Shown: piece after piece, positions 62,740-64,000 of the stretch
Layout: each line of letters begins with the position of its first letter
How positions within the stretch are numbered: position 1 is the stretch's first letter
NCBI GenBank assembly: GCA_965216875.1
Contig: OZ244207.1
Location: 544,001 to 608,000, forward strand
DNA: 64,000 nucleotides
Direction: 5' to 3'
From: Rubripirellula sp.
Lineage (GTDB): Bacteria; Planctomycetota; Planctomycetia; Pirellulales; Pirellulaceae
The notes under the pieces: model-generated
What the model saw: only the letters and a program-made list of their open reading frames with translations
What the model was told of the DNA's origin: nothing
Database searches by the model: none
Made by a program: the position numbers and the translations under genes

Positions 62740-62773
62740 AAGTCCGTCATGCTGCCAGTTACACCACAACCCC
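62696..62773 (-). pseudogene. 5' part of host tRNA-Lys(UUU) fused to an element-derived 3' end
   Basis: GGGGTTG...ACGGA CTTTTAA TCCGT...GAGAG TTCGACT, then TACTCGCAGT CGGCCCC-A. Confidence 0.8.
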
Positions 62774-62881
62774 AAAGTAGGCTTTAGGTATGAGGCGTTT
62801 AGAATTTAGGCATGACAGCTGGACGCTTCGCATCGTTTCTCTCCTTTCAAACTTCACTCTTCCAGCTTCAAACTTCCGCAG

Positions 62882-62953
62882 TGGTAGCCCTGGGAATTGA
62901 ACTCAGCGCGACTCGGTTATCAGCCGAGTTTGGGCAACCAGCCCTCGACTACC
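62882..62953 (-). tRNA. tRNA-Ile(GAU)
   Basis: GGTAGTC/GGCTACC-A, CTCGG CTGATAA CCGAG; atypical D arm. Confidence 0.75.
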
Positions 62954-63064
62954 GTTTGTCAGGCGTCAGGAATCAGGCCTCCGACTTCAGGAGAACTTCC
63001 TGAATCCTGAATCCTGAATCCTGAATCCTGACGCCTGACGCCTGAAGTCTGACTCCTGCATTAG

Positions 63065-63137
63065 TCGGGTGTGTCGGAATCGAACCGCTCTCCATCGTCC
63101 CAAACGAAGTGTGCACAACCATTACACTTCACGCCCG
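63065..63137 (-). tRNA. tRNA-Pro(UGG), partly degenerate
   Basis: CGGG../..CCCG-A, loop TTTGGGA; mismatches in T and acceptor stems. Confidence 0.6.
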
Positions 63138-63186
63138 ATCGTCGACTTCTGACGCCTGATACCTGAAGCCTGAAGTCTGTATAAAT

Positions 63187-63822
63187 GAGTCGGCTTTAGC
63201 GCAAGCTCTATTCCGACTCGGTGATGGCCCTCGAATCAACGCCATTGGCTCCTCGAGGTCTGCACACGCGCGTGTTAAACGCTTCATCACCTTCACCCCT
63301 GTCGTTGATGTCTCCATCGCCCAACAGCAGGCAGTAGTGCAACGAGTCTTCTGGGTTAGGTCCCGAGCCTCCCGTCGGAGACTCGCACCTCGCTCGATCA
63401 GCTTTCTACGTCGGGACGTAGTCCACTGATCCCCTTTCGGGCAGCTCGACCACCTTTCGGCGACCGATGTAGGCACTTCGACTCTGTTACACGTATGACT
63501 TGCTGCCACCTCCCGAAGGAGTCGGCAACTTCCCGAACACTTTATGTGTCATTCAACCCTGACAAGGTTGCGACTGGAACGTTCCACGATAGCCATACAA
63601 ATCCGTGGTCTTTCAGGCAGCACTCCGCTGGTGGGCCAGCGACTCACGCCCTCAGTTACTTGACAGCTTCCAGTACCCACGCGGTTACCTACCGGCTTCA
63701 TCGCCAAGGCTACGACGGATGAACGCCGCTCCTAGGTCAGCCTTTCGTTTATCTCTCTTGCGAGAGCCGGCCACCCGTTCCAGGGCAAACCGGTTTTACG
63801 TCCGAACGACATCACGGACCTA
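63187..63822 (-). ncRNA. Large ornate structured ncRNA, possibly GOLLD-like
   Basis: No credible ORF; many minus-strand stems capped by GAAA, GCAA, GAGA and UUCG tetraloops; long-range closing helices. Confidence 0.7.
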
Positions 63823-63940
63823 TGATTTTAGAAGTGGGAAGCTAGAGGTATGAAAACCTCGCTCGCCCAACTTCAATTGTTCTGTCAATGCATTTTCCTG
63901 CTTTCAAACTTCACCCTTCACTCTTCGAACTTCCGAAAGG

Positions 63941-64000
63941 TGGGCCAGGAGGAACTCGAATCCCCGTCTGCGGTGCTTCAAACCGCCGCTAAACCATCTC
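63941..64000 (-). tRNA. tRNA-Phe(GAA), 5' end outside window
   Basis: GCGGT TTGAAGC ACCGC; 3' CTGGCCC-A. Confidence 0.75.

Larger units (their letters stand above)
46887..63934. repeat. Dispersed heptamer-repeat hairpins (families GAAGTTN, TAGGCTT, TCAGRCT) in the tRNA-array spacers
   Basis: About 16 occurrences (e.g. 47425-47490, 47657-47740, 48779-48862, 48893-48973, 49030-49128, 49210-49296, 50288-50421, 62958-63058, 63830-63934); none seen inside the 50638-62715 island. Confidence 0.9.

Noticed and set aside
63187..63822. Group II intron, RNase P or tmRNA identity for the large RNA
   Set aside because: No GUGYG 5' end or clear domain V, no GAGGAAAGUCC motif, no tRNA-Ala-like ends recognised; it does not interrupt a gene.

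Overview
Window from a Planctomycete (Pirellulaceae-like: DUF1501/PSD1 cytochrome pairs, many sulfatases, ECF sigma factors). 1-46 kb is mostly ordinary core/accessory genes (acnB, ilvB, infA, crcB, four sulfatases, ECF/FecR-LamG) plus an AbiE-like type IV toxin-antitoxin pair with a double dyad operator, an ECF gene with an in-frame stop, and several GTAG-type REP families. From ~47.0 kb to the end is a minus-strand tRNA gene array (about 15 intact-looking and about 8 damaged/partial tRNAs, no encoded CCA, including rare Ile-UAU and Arg-UCG). Its spacers are hairpins of three heptamer-repeat families; two of these hairpins enclose four-helix-bundle genes, each in its own repeat family. A ~12.1 kb large-serine-recombinase element (50632-62721) splits tRNA-Lys(UUU) at the T-loop and carries its own intact tRNA-Lys(UUU), a PolA-superfamily polymerase, a terminase pair without capsid genes, a resolvase and putative defence genes (HEPN pair, RelA/SpoT). 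A ~635 nt non-coding, tetraloop-rich minus-strand RNA (63187-63822, possibly GOLLD-like) also lies in the array. All calls were made by eye; no searches were run.
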